A stretch of DNA of 64,000 bases from IMG/VR virus record IMGVR_UViG_3300029651_000001, positions 22,512 to 86,511 of that record; one strand, written 5' to 3'. The DNA comes from a virus. This document shows, one piece after another, positions 8,774 through 17,650 of this stretch. Each line of letters starts with the position of its first letter. Positions within the stretch are counted from its first letter, which is position 1. Both the position numbers and the translations under genes were made by a program. The notes under the pieces were generated by a model. The model was given only the letters and a program-made list of their open reading frames with translations. It was not told where the DNA came from and did no database searches.

Positions 8774-10753
8774 TCAGAAAAGGATATTGAAAAGACGGGT
8801 GCTGTTTTCGGTGACCACCCGAACCGTCACCGTTTCCCGCTTGGTGGAGGAAAATCCCAAGCCAGCCAACTGCTCATCCGTGACAGGGCACTTGGTCTTA
8901 TCACCCAGGACCTCGAATACCTTGCGGTGCTTTTCCAGAGGACCTGCCAGGAATTCGTTGTAGATTCCCCGAAGCGGTTGGTCGGCCTTGCATCCTTCCA
9001 GGATGAAGAACCAATGCTTGTTGCCGACCGCGCTATCCCCCCAGTAATTGGGACTGAACAGAACGGTGCGGACCTTGACGAACTTCTCCGTGGGGATTCC
9101 CCACACTTTCTTCGAGATTCCTTCTCCGTTCAGCTTGGGGTGAATTCGCGCCTCCACGATGACACCATCCCTGACCACAAACGTGCCCACCTCCACGTTC
9201 CCCACCACACGGTGCGGATAGGTGTACTGCTTGACCCCATTACCGTCAGCGATCTCGGCAATGAAGCCCACGTCAGACGTTTCCCGGTTGGTGTACTGAT
9301 TGACATACACCTGATATACCCCATCCTTCGGTGCCTTGAACGCCACATTTTCAACCGGTTCTCGAGAGGTACCGCAGCCAGCATTCATGTCCACATCCAG
9401 CTTGCCGCTCTTGTTGGCGTAGTAGATGTGATTTCCATTGGGTTCCACCACATGAATGTCCAGATCGTCATAGTTGAACCAGGCCAGACTGAAGCGGAGT
9501 TTGGCGTCCACGTTGCCCCCAGCCTTCTTAACCTTTTCCGTGATACTGTCCGTCACGTTGCCGTTGTAAGACCAGGCAAAGCCGTTGTCCCACTTGAACA
9601 GCCGGCCGGAGTCGGTGTGTACCGGAGCCGTCACCGCGACCAGATTAGGGGTGTGCAAGTTCTTGAACAGAATGCTCATCTCCTTGGCGTTGGGCAGGAC
9701 TTCAGCCATGAACGCTTCGATGGTGACGTCCGCGGCCTGAGCGGTGTTGCCCGGCTTTCGCTCAACGGCTGCAGCCATCAGCAGATCCGCAACCCCACCC
9801 TTCATCATGGGGCGGACGGACCCATCCACCCAGAGAACGTCGTTGACGCTCACGTCGGAGATGGTCGCCAGCCTCCGCTCCAAGGCGGATTCAAGCCCCA
9901 AGCTTTCGATCGTTTCCATGGCTTGCTTGACCATGGCCGGTGTGATCAGCGCCGTCGTACGCTTGTAGTTCGCAGGCGCCACCTTGGTTTCGAAGGAACG
10001 GACAGCAGTTTCAAGGTCGACACCGTCCGACAGATCCGTGACGAGGGTGCCAATGACTGTATTGCGGAACCGCGCCGCCCGGCGAGTATAGTTGCTTGCG
10101 ATGAACAGCCGTCGTTCGGCCGGTTCCAAAGCCTTGTAGGTCCGCAAGCACTCAGCGAACTCCTTCAACGCCGGCAGATGTTCCTCGCCTCGGTACAAGC
10201 TCCCAGCGGCAATCAAGTCGAGGACCGTGTTGGCTGCCTCGACAGTCAACTCCTCCAACCCTCGCTCGAACACGGCCATAGTTGTGGCAGCTTCGCCCAC
10301 ATCCCGGTCGGGGGTACGGGTAAAATGCCGGTCGGCGATCCGACCATGGAAATGGTTCCAGATTTTGGTCTGGCCATCGACCACTTGTGGGGTCGCCGCC
10401 GCACCGTACTGCCGCTCCTTGGTACGGAAGACAGAGACGATAGGCTGGGCCAGGACATGCTCATGCAAGGCTTTGGAAACGACGTCATACGGGTGCTCCA
10501 ATCCGCTTACGTCCCAGAGCGTCTCTACCTTGCCGTCGACGATGGCAACTACTCCGCCCAGGTGTTTGATGAAGTTCCGGCAGCAGGAGCAGTCGTGTTC
10601 CGTATTCGTCCGATAGATCGGGTTTGTTCCTGCCGGAAAGGCGGCAAGATAGATGTCCCAAAGCTTGCTGGAATCGACCACGAAGAGCTCGTGGGCGGAC
10701 AGCTGGGCGAAGCGGGCGGCGGTCTTCTCGGCAAAGGGTTTGAAGTTTGGCAT
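8774..10753 (-). CDS. large conserved-looking early protein of unknown function
   Basis: 660 aa from the ATG at 10753 (SD AAAGGAGAC). N-terminal HDCSCCRNF motif. Central LDIHVVEPNG...LDVDMNAG block resembles the YfaP/DUF2135 type of fold. Confidence 0.85.
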   Translation of the reverse strand: MPNFKPFAEKTAARFAQLSAHELFVVDSSKLWDIYLAAFPAGTNPIYRTNTEHDCSCCRNFIKHLGGVVAIVDGKVETLWDVSGLEHPYDVVSKALHEHVLAQPIVSVFRTKERQYGAAATPQVVDGQTKIWNHFHGRIADRHFTRTPDRDVGEAATTMAVFERGLEELTVEAANTVLDLIAAGSLYRGEEHLPALKEFAECLRTYKALEPAERRLFIASNYTRRAARFRNTVIGTLVTDLSDGVDLETAVRSFETKVAPANYKRTTALITPAMVKQAMETIESLGLESALERRLATISDVSVNDVLWVDGSVRPMMKGGVADLLMAAAVERKPGNTAQAADVTIEAFMAEVLPNAKEMSILFKNLHTPNLVAVTAPVHTDSGRLFKWDNGFAWSYNGNVTDSITEKVKKAGGNVDAKLRFSLAWFNYDDLDIHVVEPNGNHIYYANKSGKLDVDMNAGCGTSREPVENVAFKAPKDGVYQVYVNQYTNRETSDVGFIAEIADGNGVKQYTYPHRVVGNVEVGTFVVRDGVIVEARIHPKLNGEGISKKVWGIPTEKFVKVRTVLFSPNYWGDSAVGNKHWFFILEGCKADQPLRGIYNEFLAGPLEKHRKVFEVLGDKTKCPVTDEQLAGLGFSSTKRETVTVRVVTENSTRLFNILF

Positions 10754-10784
10754 CGGGTCTCCTTTGAAAGGCGTTTCTTGATAG

Positions 10785-11105
10785 TTAGGAAGGGTCACTG
10801 TCGAGCTCCTTCAGAAACTCACGGATTACGGCTCGAGCTTTCTCCATGTTCTCGAGGACTTGTCTGTAGTCAGTGATGATTTCTGCCATCGCCGCTTCCT
10901 CTGCTGCTCGCATCTGCCGCAACAGTCTCAGCATCTCGGGCGCCGCTGCAAGCAGTCTGCCCGTCGCTTGGATTTCCGGCTCGTTAACCTCTCCGTAGAC
11001 AGTGGCTATGCGACCGTAAGGGTCATGGATCTCTAGGTTGTCGCTATCGTTCTCCCCTTCGCCGGGCTGGAGAAGTTGGTATGGGCCATCTATGGGTTTG
11101 CTCAT
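10785..11105 (-). CDS. Ead/Ea22-like protein (paralog G)
   Basis: Motif LLAAAPEMLRLLRQM and C-terminal FLKELDSDPS. Confidence 0.7.
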   Translation of the reverse strand: MSKPIDGPYQLLQPGEGENDSDNLEIHDPYGRIATVYGEVNEPEIQATGRLLAAAPEMLRLLRQMRAAEEAAMAEIITDYRQVLENMEKARAVIREFLKELDSDPS

Positions 11106-11123
11106 ACGTTGTCTCCTTAGGGT

Positions 11124-11336
11124 TTATGCAAACACTCGATAAGTGCAGGTCCGGTTATCCACCAGCGTCTTGCAAAGGACGTGTCCTTTAGACAAGTAGG
11201 TGGTGACTCCCAGGCCGTCCGGGTTCGTTCCCTCGTGCTGGTACTCGCCGGTCCATCCCTTGGAACGGAGCCACGCGGCGAAGTCGTGGTCGCCTTTGAA
11301 GTGGGTTTCTTTGAGGTTAGGAGGGATCATCGTCAA
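11124..11336 (-). CDS. hypothetical protein
   Basis: 70-aa ORF. Confidence 0.6.
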   Translation of the reverse strand: MTMIPPNLKETHFKGDHDFAAWLRSKGWTGEYQHEGTNPDGLGVTTYLSKGHVLCKTLVDNRTCTYRVFA

Positions 11337-11652
11337 TCTCCTTCAGGAAGTCGCTGATCTCCGCGTGTGCCTTGTCGCGGGCTTCGACCGCTAGTACGGA
11401 TTCCCGATGCGTGCAAAAGTAAGGCAGGTCACGAAGATGCGTGACAGCGTTATCCAGCCGCCGCAAGAGTTCCAGCATCCTCGGCGCCGCGGCGAACAGG
11501 CGGGCGAGGGCCATCTCGTCTACCGCTTCGAGGTGGTCGTGAACAGTAGCGACGATATCGTCGTTCTCGTCGTAAATGTCGACCATACCGTTAAGACTTT
11601 TGCGAACTGGGTAGGCAAATCGGTATTTACCGCCGATCACGACCTCAGTCAT
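11317..11652 (-). CDS. Ead/Ea22-like protein (paralog H)
   Basis: Motif LFAAAPRMLELLRRL and C-terminal FLKEIDDDPS. Confidence 0.7.
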   Translation of the reverse strand: MTEVVIGGKYRFAYPVRKSLNGMVDIYDENDDIVATVHDHLEAVDEMALARLFAAAPRMLELLRRLDNAVTHLRDLPYFCTHRESVLAVEARDKAHAEISDFLKEIDDDPS

Positions 11653-11986
11653 TGTCGATCTCCTTCAACAGCTCACCGATCTCGATATGCACCTTGTCGT
11701 GCTCGTCGAGCGCGGCTTCGTAAGTGGTTTTGTCGTAGCACTCCGGAGCCAGCAAGGCGTAGAGGGTGGCGTCGGCCTTGTGTTGTCGGCGCAGGAGGTT
11801 GAGCATCCTTGTCGATTCCTTTGCTAGCTGTGCGGATATCTCCGCGCTTTCCGAAACCAAAAACATCCAGCTTGGAATCTCGAAGTGTTCGAGCGCCGCT
11901 TGCACCCTGCTGAAGGGGTTATTCTCCTCCGGGATGTCGGAGTTCTCGGGTTGGTAGTCGTCAGGGATTGTCAGTAGGATTTGCAT
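11645..11986 (-). CDS. Ead/Ea22-like protein (paralog I, divergent)
   Basis: Motif TRMLNLLRRQ and C-terminal LLKEIDND. Confidence 0.6.
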   Translation of the reverse strand: MQILLTIPDDYQPENSDIPEENNPFSRVQAALEHFEIPSWMFLVSESAEISAQLAKESTRMLNLLRRQHKADATLYALLAPECYDKTTYEAALDEHDKVHIEIGELLKEIDND

Positions 11987-12367
11987 CTAAAGGTCCTCAC
12001 TCTTGTAGGGTTGAACATGCCGGCAGCCGCAGTTCAAGCAGTCGTCGTCGCACATGGCGGTCCAAACATCCGGCCATTCGAAGCCACACTTGGGGCACTT
12101 GTAGTAGTTCAGAAACTTTCGCTCTTTCTCGTCCGCCGGCTCGTCGTCGACCGCGGCCAACTTGATCGCATCGATAGGCTCCTGTCCTTCGTATGGGTTG
12201 TAGTCCAGGGATACCTCAGCCGTAGCCGGCTGGTCATCCAGCATCCCGAAATTCGCGTCCGCGCAATTGAAGAGTTCGGCCAACTTGCGCTTACCCTCCT
12301 CGACGCTATCGGCGCGGACCCGCATCGAGCAAGAGAGGATCAGGTCGAACAGGTATTCATGACTCAT
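11987..12367 (-). CDS. hypothetical protein with C-terminal zinc ribbon
   Basis: Cysteine motif CPKCG...CDDDCLNCGC. Start MSHEYLFD overlaps the upstream stop. Confidence 0.7.
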   Translation of the reverse strand: MSHEYLFDLILSCSMRVRADSVEEGKRKLAELFNCADANFGMLDDQPATAEVSLDYNPYEGQEPIDAIKLAAVDDEPADEKERKFLNYYKCPKCGFEWPDVWTAMCDDDCLNCGCRHVQPYKSEDL

Positions 12368-12635
12368 CGTCTTCCTCCTCGTTAAGGTCGTCTTCCTCGG
12401 CATACTCAACACACTCGAGGTCGCAAGAAGCTCGGAGCAGCTCCTCGACCACAGAGTAAAAGTCCGGATGGTCCACCAGGCTGGCCGGTGCCTCCACGAT
12501 CTCCGAAGTCCGGTAGGCGTCCGCTGCGCAGTCGATTCGATCCTGCTCGGCGGCCTCTAGCGTGTCCCAAGCGTGGACGTAGAGCTCGCTGGAAGTCCCA
12601 CCTTCTTGAACCAACAGATAAACCTTGTCACTCAT
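12357..12635 (-). CDS. acidic hypothetical protein
   Basis: Start MSDKVYLL at an ATGAGTGA junction. Confidence 0.65.
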   Translation of the reverse strand: MSDKVYLLVQEGGTSSELYVHAWDTLEAAEQDRIDCAADAYRTSEIVEAPASLVDHPDFYSVVEELLRASCDLECVEYAEEDDLNEEEDDES

Positions 12636-12843
12636 CGTCTTCTCCCATTCTGAAATCAAATACGGTCCCGTCGTGGTGACATTCCATGCACTCGATCAGG
12701 GAGTCCTCGTCCCAGACCACGTCTTCGTGATCACCGGTGCCGCTATCGTAAACTTCGAAGTACGTCTTGCACTCGATCTTGAACGGGCCTTCGCTCCCGC
12801 ACTTGGGGCAGGCCATGCCTTCTAGGCAGTTGGTGTTAGCCAT
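12628..12843 (-). CDS. zinc-ribbon mini-protein
   Basis: Start MANTNCLEGMACPKCG and motif ECMECHH. Confidence 0.65.
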   Translation of the reverse strand: MANTNCLEGMACPKCGSEGPFKIECKTYFEVYDSGTGDHEDVVWDEDSLIECMECHHDGTVFDFRMGEDDE

Positions 12844-13036
12844 GCTTTTCCCCTTCTGGCAACACATCCAGCCAGTCTGAAAAACGTTCGTACTTCTCCG
12901 GCCGCTTCTCGATCAGAAGCCTCAACTCTCGCCGGGTTAATCCGTTCTTCACCATGTCGAGGAAGGCCAGATTAAGTTCAGCGATCTTCCTCTGCTCTAG
13001 ATAGAAAATCTGAAGTTGGGTAGGTGGGTTAAACAT
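12836..13036 (-). CDS. hypothetical protein
   Basis: 66-aa ORF. Confidence 0.6.
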   Translation of the reverse strand: MFNPPTQLQIFYLEQRKIAELNLAFLDMVKNGLTRRELRLLIEKRPEKYERFSDWLDVLPEGEKHG

Positions 13037-13045
13037 TGGATGCTC

Positions 13046-13309
13046 CTAAACTTCTTTCAGACGCACATACTTCACCCTCAGCGCAATCACGCCAGGATTC
13101 CCCTCCTTAACGACAACGCCGTCCTTGATCCGCCCGATGTACAGTACTCTGGGGCCATTGCCCCAACGCCGGGTTAGCTCCTTTTGCAAGGAAGCCACGG
13201 AATCGTAACCGCCTCCTTCGGGATACGAGGCGGATCTCTTGAGGAACTCAATCCTACGAGTCCGGGTGTTGTAAAACCTGTCGAAAATCCTGACATCCAG
13301 CCTAGCCAT
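13046..13309 (-). CDS. hypothetical protein
   Basis: Start MARLDVRIF after TTTGGGAGACCCCGA. The upstream part of the track ORF is Arg/Thr-rich and unlikely to be coding. Confidence 0.6.
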   Translation of the reverse strand: MARLDVRIFDRFYNTRTRRIEFLKRSASYPEGGGYDSVASLQKELTRRWGNGPRVLYIGRIKDGVVVKEGNPGVIALRVKYVRLKEV

Positions 13310-13478
13310 TCGGGGTCTCCCAAACTTTGCGTAAGTAAAACTCGTTCCGGTAGTAGTCCAGCCCCGACACCAGGACAATCGACACTGACGTCGCCTTGTC
13401 CGGGATCGGGTTGTTGTAGATGTAGGCATGTCCGTCCTTGATCTCGATCGTTGTTCTTTCCTTACGGTGAGTCCTCAA
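13302..13478 (-). CDS. possible small ORF (TTG start)
   Basis: Hand translation gives ...TIEIKDGHAYIYNNPIPDKATSVSIVLVSGLDYYRNEFYLRKVWETPNG. Its stop overlaps the next ATG. The start is uncertain. Confidence 0.3.
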   Translation of the reverse strand: MRTHRKERTTIEIKDGHAYIYNNPIPDKATSVSIVLVSGLDYYRNEFYLRKVWETPNG

Positions 13479-13689
13479 TAAACTCCGGCGGGATCACTAC
13501 GCCGTAGTGATAAGCGTCGAACCAGATAAGGGAGTCGGGCGGGAAGATCTCTTTCGGAAGAGACCTCAAGAAATAACACCCGGCCGTTCCTCCTTCGGTG
13601 ATCTTGGAGCATAAAAGCCCCGCCGGCAGGGTAAGCTCCCCATATTCCCGAAAGTTAACCTTCGTCTCAGCCTTCAGTCTTGCAACCAT
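13462..13689 (-). CDS. hypothetical protein
   Basis: 75 aa. Leader motif upstream. Confidence 0.65.
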   Translation of the reverse strand: MVARLKAETKVNFREYGELTLPAGLLCSKITEGGTAGCYFLRSLPKEIFPPDSLIWFDAYHYGVVIPPEFIEDSP

Positions 13690-13704
13690 GTGTTCTCCAA
13701 AGGG

Positions 13705-13971
13705 TTAGTGAACCGTAACGGACTCAAATCCGTCGACATGACTCCGCGTCATGTCGAGCAGCATGTTCGCGAAGCTGATCCAGTCCTGTAGGTTGTCCGG
13801 GCGACCTCTCAAGCGCTGCAAGTGCAAGTAGAGCTTGGCCTGCAGGTTGCAAAGGATCGACAGCTTCAGGAGGATCTCGTCCGCGGGACTCTTAGCCAGG
13901 TCCTTGGTTTCTTTGGTTAGGAGAGCGCCGAGCTGGTCGGCGATCTCCTCGGGTTTGTTGAGGTTTGTCAT
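13705..13971 (-). CDS. hypothetical protein
   Basis: Start MTNLNKPEEI. Confidence 0.6.
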   Translation of the reverse strand: MTNLNKPEEIADQLGALLTKETKDLAKSPADEILLKLSILCNLQAKLYLHLQRLRGRPDNLQDWISFANMLLDMTRSHVDGFESVTVH

Positions 13972-14225
13972 TGGTCCTCGCTTTCGCCTTCTCTCAGGCG
14001 CCATAGTTCACCAGCGATGTCGAACGGGTCGCTACAGTCGATTCCTTCCGCTAAGCAAGGGTTGTTAGGAAGATCGTCATAGATGTCTTCTTTCCTGTCG
14101 GATCTGGATAGTCCCGCTGACTCCATAATCATCCGACGGGTTGTCAGAAGCTCGTCTTCGTGGAATACGGATGTGGTCCAGCCTTCCGCTGTGATGTCGA
14201 TCGTTACTCGGGTTGGTGTCTTCAC
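13968..14225 (-). CDS. hypothetical protein
   Basis: GTG start in a GTGA overlap with the upstream ORF. Confidence 0.6.
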   Translation of the reverse strand: MKTPTRVTIDITAEGWTTSVFHEDELLTTRRMIMESAGLSRSDRKEDIYDDLPNNPCLAEGIDCSDPFDIAGELWRLREGESEDQ

Positions 14226-14383
14226 GCTGCCTCCTCGATGGACTTGTCTAAGGTCAGGTCCTTAAGCTTCTCTTCCCTCTCGGCCTGCTGTCGGCGGAGG
14301 CGTTCCTCCGGCGTAAGGTCGTCGGCCAAGTGGCGGGCGCAATCAAGGACTACGGGGTCAGGAAGTTCAGGAAGTTCCGGCAT
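14222..14383 (-). CDS. 53-aa hypothetical protein
   Basis: Hand translation gives MPELPELPDPVVLDCARHLADDLTPEERLRRQQAEREEKLKDLTLDKSIEEAA. SD is TTGGAGGGTGAAG. Confidence 0.5.
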   Translation of the reverse strand: MPELPELPDPVVLDCARHLADDLTPEERLRRQQAEREEKLKDLTLDKSIEEAA

Positions 14384-14399
14384 CTTCACCCTCCAAGAG

Positions 14400-14723
14400 T
14401 TATCTGTGCGGCCTGATAAGCACCGCGATCTGCGCGATCTCTCGGGTGTTCTCGATATCGCGGATACCTTTGTCGTCAGCGATCCGGCTGCCGATGACTT
14501 CGCCGATGGCGCCGTGAAGGCCCTCCTGGTCGCTGTTGGCCCAGGCGCGATTGATGATGATGTGCGCCCAGTAGTTACCGTCGCTGGTACGGGCGACCTC
14601 GATCGCGCCCCCCGGGAATTCGATGATGTGCTCCGCTGACTCGGGCTTTTTGGCCTTGTCGCCGAAGAGTTCGATGCGCTTGGGGGCGCGTTTGAATTGG
14701 TACAGTTTGGCTGTGGCGGCCAT
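14400..14723 (-). CDS. hypothetical protein
   Basis: Start MAATAKLYQF after the leader motif. Confidence 0.7.
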   Translation of the reverse strand: MAATAKLYQFKRAPKRIELFGDKAKKPESAEHIIEFPGGAIEVARTSDGNYWAHIIINRAWANSDQEGLHGAIGEVIGSRIADDKGIRDIENTREIAQIAVLIRPHR

Positions 14724-14740
14724 GGTTGTCTCCAAAGGGA

Positions 14741-14998
14741 TCATTGAGCGGGACAGGGTTCCGGGTTCCAAAGGACGTAGTACACGCTCACCACGTCACG
14801 TAATCCTCGCAACTTGCGAACGGCTTCTTCGATGTCGTCCTTGGTGTGGTGGGGTTCCCAGAAAAGGGTGAAGTCGGCGCCGGCCCGACTGGCTAACTTA
14901 GAGGTGAAGTAAACGCCGTTGACACACTCGTGATTCCTGACTGCCCAGCAGTATTCGCGCCGGTAGAAGGCTTCGTCGAAGGTTTTAATTTCCCGCAT
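14741..14998 (-). CDS. hypothetical protein
   Basis: Start MREIKTFDEAF. Confidence 0.6.
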   Translation of the reverse strand: MREIKTFDEAFYRREYCWAVRNHECVNGVYFTSKLASRAGADFTLFWEPHHTKDDIEEAVRKLRGLRDVVSVYYVLWNPEPCPAQ

Positions 14999-15362
14999 GA
15001 TTGACCTCGAGTGCTGTCTCCCAAGCCTGGAAGTCGTTGGCGAAAGATTCACTGGCGTCCATGGAAACGTAATCGTCGCCCTGCATGCCCATCTCCGAGT
15101 AGCCTAGCCAACCTTTGCAAGGTATTCCTTGCTCTTCGAAGTGCTGTAGGACTTCTTTGAGGAATTCTGGATCGGTGTGGATGAGGCCGTCGGTGGCTGT
15201 GTCCCAGGTGGTTGGGTCAAAGAACAGGCGCAGCTCGGCGGCGATGAACTCCCCGTCCTCTTTGTACACGTCGAGTTCCAGGCCCGTGATGTGAACGGTT
15301 GTTTGCTTGGTGGACCAGTAGCCGGTTCCGTCAGTACGGAACCAAAGGTTGGTTGCGATCAT
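14985..15362 (-). CDS. hypothetical protein
   Basis: 125 aa. Preceded by the leader motif and a family-A palindrome. Confidence 0.7.
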   Translation of the reverse strand: MIATNLWFRTDGTGYWSTKQTTVHITGLELDVYKEDGEFIAAELRLFFDPTTWDTATDGLIHTDPEFLKEVLQHFEEQGIPCKGWLGYSEMGMQGDDYVSMDASESFANDFQAWETALEVNHAGN

Positions 15363-15422
15363 GGGTTGACCTCCAAAGGGTTAAGTACATGTCCTTGGCG
15401 CCGCGTGCTGGCGGCGCCCAAC

Positions 15423-15728
15423 CTACTTAATAATCTCGGTTTCGACGTCTTCCTCCCACTCCTCGTATTTAATGGGCGCATCCTTACCTTGCTCACCCTG
15501 AACGCAAGTCTCCGTCCAAGCGGCATATCCGAGCCCTTCGATATACAAACTCGTGGGTGGGCAGTGGCAGGCTAGCTGCTGCGCCACGTACTCGAACAAG
15601 GCGTCCGGATGGCTGTCCAGCTTGAACATGTAAGACTCAAACTCCGCCCTATACTCAGGCGTCAGGAGGTGGTCGGGAATATCAATCTCGTATTCCCGTT
15701 CGGTGATGACTCTGACTTTCTTCTTCAT
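15423..15728 (-). CDS. hypothetical protein
   Basis: Start MKKKVRVITE. Confidence 0.65.
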   Translation of the reverse strand: MKKKVRVITEREYEIDIPDHLLTPEYRAEFESYMFKLDSHPDALFEYVAQQLACHCPPTSLYIEGLGYAAWTETCVQGEQGKDAPIKYEEWEEDVETEIIK

Positions 15729-15922
15729 GCCGGCAACTCCCCATGTCGTACCCAATACACCAACTCTCCCCCAGACAGGGAGTCCGCAGTCAGTGATTGG
15801 GTGTTGTCATCGGGCACGTAGCCGTGCCTGTCCAGGTAGTCCGACTTGGCGGACTCGATGGTGTACTGGTCGAGGCTGTAGACCTCAACGCCATTAGGTC
15901 CGGTTACTCTTAACAGTTTCAT
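15725..15922 (-). CDS. hypothetical protein
   Basis: 65 aa with an ATGA-type junction. Confidence 0.6.
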   Translation of the reverse strand: MKLLRVTGPNGVEVYSLDQYTIESAKSDYLDRHGYVPDDNTQSLTADSLSGGELVYWVRHGELPA

Positions 15923-16089
15923 GTTGTTCTCTTCGTTCTAGCTCGTTGTTCCGCAAGATAGCTCTGCACCGCCTTCTCCGGCGTCGACATCCAATGCCAG
16001 CCGTCCGGATGTTTGAAGAGCTCTTGCCCGGTCACCTCCCCACGCTTGGTGAGGAGGTCGTAGGTTTGGCCTTTGTAGTCGAAGGTCAT
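15919..16089 (-). CDS. hypothetical protein
   Basis: Start MTFDYKGQTYD in an ATGA overlap with the upstream gene. Confidence 0.55.
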   Translation of the reverse strand: MTFDYKGQTYDLLTKRGEVTGQELFKHPDGWHWMSTPEKAVQSYLAEQRARTKRTT

Positions 16090-16538
16090 GCTGTATCCCA
16101 GGGCGCGTGTTTCCACATGTCGAGATCCCTTATGATGCCTTCGGCGAGGTCTCGCCGAATCTCCATCAGCTCCTTGTACGTCCGGCACCGCGGCACATCT
16201 CCTTCCGCGCACTGATACAATAAACAGTCCATGGCCTTGTACCAGTCCGTCTTTAGGGTTGGCGATGGGTCGTGAAGTAAAGAAATGAATTCGAACTTGA
16301 AGTCATCCAGAGGAATTCCGTCGGATTCCACTGTCCCTCGGCCGTAGCGCTGGTCCACGGCCTCGGAGTTCATGGCGAACAACCGCTTGCCGAGTTCGGT
16401 TAAGGCTTCTTCTTGCTGCGTAACGGAGTCGGTCGGAACAAAAACCTCGGCAAGGGTGAAAGCTTTCCAGTTCTTAGCCTGAACGATGTCTTGCAGGACG
16501 CGACACATGGTTGCGTCTGAGACGATGAATGCTGACAT
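16086..16538 (-). CDS. hypothetical protein
   Basis: Start MSAFIVSDATM after the leader motif. The long Arg/Pro-rich N-terminus in the track was rejected. Confidence 0.7.
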   Translation of the reverse strand: MSAFIVSDATMCRVLQDIVQAKNWKAFTLAEVFVPTDSVTQQEEALTELGKRLFAMNSEAVDQRYGRGTVESDGIPLDDFKFEFISLLHDPSPTLKTDWYKAMDCLLYQCAEGDVPRCRTYKELMEIRRDLAEGIIRDLDMWKHAPWDTA

Positions 16539-16587
16539 GCAATTTCTCCAAAGGGTTAGACTGCTTGTGCTGGGCGCCGCTAGCCGA

Positions 16588-16887
16588 CTACGTGGCGTTC
16601 TCGTTGCCGTGCTTCTTCGGCGGCCACTCCGGCTCCACCCATCCGGGATGCACGCCGATCTTCTCGGCGATCGAGTCAACGTCAGACCAGATCTGAACGG
16701 TGTGGTCGTTATCCGCGGGGTACGCCACGACGTCGGTGTTCTCGGCCAGCTCCGCAAACTTCTGGGGAGTGAAATTCAACCGGTGCCACAGAGCGCGGAC
16801 GTCGTCCGGATTCTCGAGTACGATCTCGAGGCGGATAGGGTTTTCAGGGGTGGGTGCGTGAATGGTGGATACGATTGCTGATTTCAT
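16588..16887 (-). CDS. hypothetical protein
   Basis: 99 aa. Leader motif upstream. Confidence 0.7.
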   Translation of the reverse strand: MKSAIVSTIHAPTPENPIRLEIVLENPDDVRALWHRLNFTPQKFAELAENTDVVAYPADNDHTVQIWSDVDSIAEKIGVHPGWVEPEWPPKKHGNENAT

Positions 16888-16929
16888 ATTGTCTCCAAAG
16901 GGTTGAAGGCGCCTGTGCTGGGCGCCGGA

Positions 16930-17169
16930 TCAAAAGCGTCGAAGGTTCTTGTATTCGCGGGAGATTCTCTCACCTCGTATAAAGTCGTCCGCCAGATTCT
17001 CCAGGGCCACGCCGAACAGGAGGCCTCGGCTGTGGTTGTCTGGATCGATTGCGCCCGAATCAAGCAGGCGCTTGACCTCTGCTAAGAACTGGTCTTTGAT
17101 TTCTTCAGCCCGCTTCCGGGCAAGGAGTTGAGTCTCTTCCCGATAGGTTAGATTGGGTCTCCAAACCAT
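16930..17169 (-). CDS. hypothetical protein
   Basis: 79-aa ORF. Confidence 0.6.
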   Translation of the reverse strand: MVWRPNLTYREETQLLARKRAEEIKDQFLAEVKRLLDSGAIDPDNHSRGLLFGVALENLADDFIRGERISREYKNLRRF

Positions 17170-17178
17170 TGCAGTCCT

Positions 17179-17448
17179 CTAGGCTACGGTCAGAGACTCG
17201 ACATCCTTGATGATGTCGTACTGTTGTACGAAGACGCTGTACTCTTCCCAGTCGATCCTGTCCTCGTGGATGACTATAGCGACCTTGTGTATCCCGCTCC
17301 CTGTGAGGTTCAAGGTCCTTAGAATCACAAGGCGATTCATGGCTACGTCCGCAACGCCTTTACGCTGCGCTATGACAAGGCGTCCGCCCGGCGGCAGGCT
17401 GCTCACTGCTTCTTTAATCTTTGGTAAAGAAAGTTCTATTGGGTGCAT
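17179..17448 (-). CDS. hypothetical protein
   Basis: Start MHPIELSLPK after the leader motif. Confidence 0.65.
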   Translation of the reverse strand: MHPIELSLPKIKEAVSSLPPGGRLVIAQRKGVADVAMNRLVILRTLNLTGSGIHKVAIVIHEDRIDWEEYSVFVQQYDIIKDVESLTVA

Positions 17449-17469
17449 ATTCGTCTCCAAAGGGTTGGT

Positions 17470-17646
17470 CTAGTGTTGTTCAAACATATCTACAAGCTTT
17501 CGCAACTGTTTTTTACGATCGTTGGACAACGACTGGGCAGCCCATATGCTGTCACTACAAAGTAGGTCAACGAGATCGTCGGCTGTGATACGTTCTTCGT
17601 CGAGCTCGTTGTCGAGATCGATCTTTACGGTGAGGGTAGTAGCCAT
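17470..17646 (-). CDS. hypothetical protein
   Basis: Start MATTLTVKIDL. Confidence 0.55.
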   Translation of the reverse strand: MATTLTVKIDLDNELDEERITADDLVDLLCSDSIWAAQSLSNDRKKQLRKLVDMFEQH

Positions 17647-17650
17647 AAAG

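Noticed and set aside
8927-10876. 649-aa plus-strand ORF
   Set aside because: It is the antisense shadow of the 660-aa minus-strand gene. Its translation is Arg/Gly/His-rich and low in complexity. It has no SD and breaks the otherwise uniform leftward operon.
16086-16757. Full 223-aa version of the ORF
   Set aside because: The N-terminal 73 codons are Arg/Pro/Thr-rich and overlap the upstream gene. The leader motif and ATG at 16538 define a cleaner 150-aa gene. Similar N-terminal trimming was applied to 2212..2604, 3132..3788, 6699..7148, 13046..13429, 15919..16212, 25914..26330 and 29802..30398.
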